Part shown: one piece after another, positions 63,102 to 64,000 of the stretch
Position numbering within the stretch: position 1 is the stretch's first letter
Layout of the letters: each line of letters starts with the position of its first letter
Source of the DNA: Terriglobia bacterium
GTDB taxonomy: Bacteria > Acidobacteriota > Terriglobia > Terriglobales > Acidobacteriaceae
Length of the DNA stretch: 64,000 nucleotides
Direction of reading: 5' to 3'
Assembly (NCBI GenBank): GCA_963748935.1
Contig: CAVVLA010000002.1
Coordinates: 14,113-78,112, forward strand
Made by a program: the position numbers and the translations under genes
The notes under the pieces: generated by a model
What the model was told of the DNA's origin: nothing
The model's database searches: none
The model's input: the letters and a program-made list of their open reading frames with translations, nothing else

Positions 63102-63773
63102 CTAAGAACTGCCTTTGGAAAAGATCTCACTGGACCGCCTGATATAGTTTGCATCCAACTCCGCAGGAGAAACCGTCTTTCCGGCCAGAATTTTCTGCCA
63201 TCCCAGACGCGCAATCACGTCGCTGCGCGGAATGGCGATCTCCTCCACGGTTAATGCCGCATTGCGCGCGGCTTCGGCCAGGCCGTGATCAGCTGTGACG
63301 ATAATCGAATCCGCGGCTGCCTGCATCAATTCTGACCGGGGCAAAATTATTTCGCTCTCCAAAAGCGCTTTTGACCCGTTGACCTCATATTTGCCGGCGT
63401 AAACCTCGCCTCGCCCCGCTTCGAGCACAGCAAATACCCTGCCTTGCGAGCGGCCCGAAACCGCGAGCGCCTCGAGCAAGGAAACCGCAGCGATAGGCTT
63501 GGCCAATACCTCCGACAGCGCTTTAATTGCAGCCAGCCCGATACGCAACCCGGTAAATGAGCCTGGACCGGAGACCACGGCAAAACCGCCTATGCCCTGT
63601 TTCCCGAAACCGTGTTTCGCCAGCAGCACCGCCACCTGGGGAACCAATGTGGCCGAGAAGGTTCCGCCGTCCAGCGATACTACCTCGAACACGTCGCAGT
63701 TGGATTCAGGCCCGCAACGTGCCAGAGCAATGCTGCCCTGCTTACCCGATGTATCGGCGGCGAGAAGAAGCAT
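63102..63773 (-). CDS. tsaB: tRNA t6A37 threonylcarbamoyltransferase complex dimerization subunit TsaB
   Basis: MLLLAADTSG N-terminus and GPGSFTGLRIG motif. Confidence 0.9.
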   Translation of the reverse strand: MLLLAADTSGKQGSIALARCGPESNCDVFEVVSLDGGTFSATLVPQVAVLLAKHGFGKQGIGGFAVVSGPGSFTGLRIGLAAIKALSEVLAKPIAAVSLLEALAVSGRSQGRVFAVLEAGRGEVYAGKYEVNGSKALLESEIILPRSELMQAAADSIIVTADHGLAEAARNAALTVEEIAIPRSDVIARLGWQKILAGKTVSPAELDANYIRRSSEIFSKGSS

Positions 63774-63817
63774 GATTGTGATCGGATGATCCGCGAATAT
63801 CCGTGCGTCGTTGGAAG

Positions 63818-64000
63818 TCAGCCGGATGTCTCTACCAGTTCTAGCAGCACGCCTCCCGCGCCGGACGGGTGCACGAAAACATATCGATGGCCTCCGGCGC
63901 CTACTTTGATTTCGTCCGAGACCAGCCGTACACCGTCTTTCTTCAAGCGCGTCACCGCGGTTTCGAGGTCGGGCACGCGCAGTGAAACATGGTGCAATCC
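63818..64000 (-). CDS. VOC-family protein, probable methylmalonyl-CoA epimerase; N-terminus beyond window end
   Basis: Translated tail GLHHVSLRVPDLETAVTRLKKDGVRLVSDEIKVGAGGHRYVFVHPSGAGGVLLELVETSG with stop at 63818-63820. Confidence 0.65.
   Translation of the reverse strand, partial: GLHHVSLRVPDLETAVTRLKKDGVRLVSDEIKVGAGGHRYVFVHPSGAGGVLLELVETSG

Noticed and set aside
1-64000. tRNA, rRNA, tmRNA or RNase P genes
   Set aside because: No T-loop-like GGTTCGAATCC-type sequences or rRNA-like stretches were seen in any intergenic region. The GGTTCGGAATGAC strings belong to the family-B repeat. This was a visual scan only, so small RNAs could be missed.

Overview
This 64-kb window looks like a GC-rich bacterial chromosomal segment. 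Gene content and the intergenic repeat vocabulary suggest Acidobacteriota/Terriglobia, but that is inference with no search run. It is mostly housekeeping and envelope genes. These include two MacB/FtsX-type permeases, the conserved uppS-cdsA-(insert)-dxr-rseP-ispG block and rmuC. There is a vapBC toxin-antitoxin pair and a membrane-stress locus (XRE regulator, NfeD/YqiJ, DUF1648, flotillin, small Gly-zipper protein, PspA). Also present are dppBC-type permeases, two CNNM/CorC transporters and a type IV pilus block (pilB-pilT-pilC-pilS-pilR) with no pilin gene. The remaining blocks are an NtrY/NtrX-like pair, phoH-ybeY-corC-era, rpsT, holA-lptE, psd-pssA plus an Asd-like paralogue, and rimI-tsaB. 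I found no rRNA, tRNA or CRISPR array.

The most unusual content is non-coding.
- **GIY-YIG element:** a family of structured repeat units (head GTCATYCYGARC, variable GC hairpin, tail GARGRAYC) forms two about 197-bp inverted-repeat-bounded MITE-like elements. The same unit type brackets a 115-codon GIY-YIG nuclease gene with perfect 18-nt terminal inverted repeats. I read this as a candidate miniature mobile element with non-autonomous derivatives.
- **REP-like hairpins:** many REP/REPIN-like GC hairpins carry a GTAG/GTGG head.
- **Other repeat families:** several further intergenic repeat families are present.

Four conserved genes (flotillin, ntrY, corC, ybeY) carry +/-1 frameshifts as assembled. 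This points to assembly indel errors, so every pseudogene call here is provisional. All product calls rest on motifs recognised by eye.
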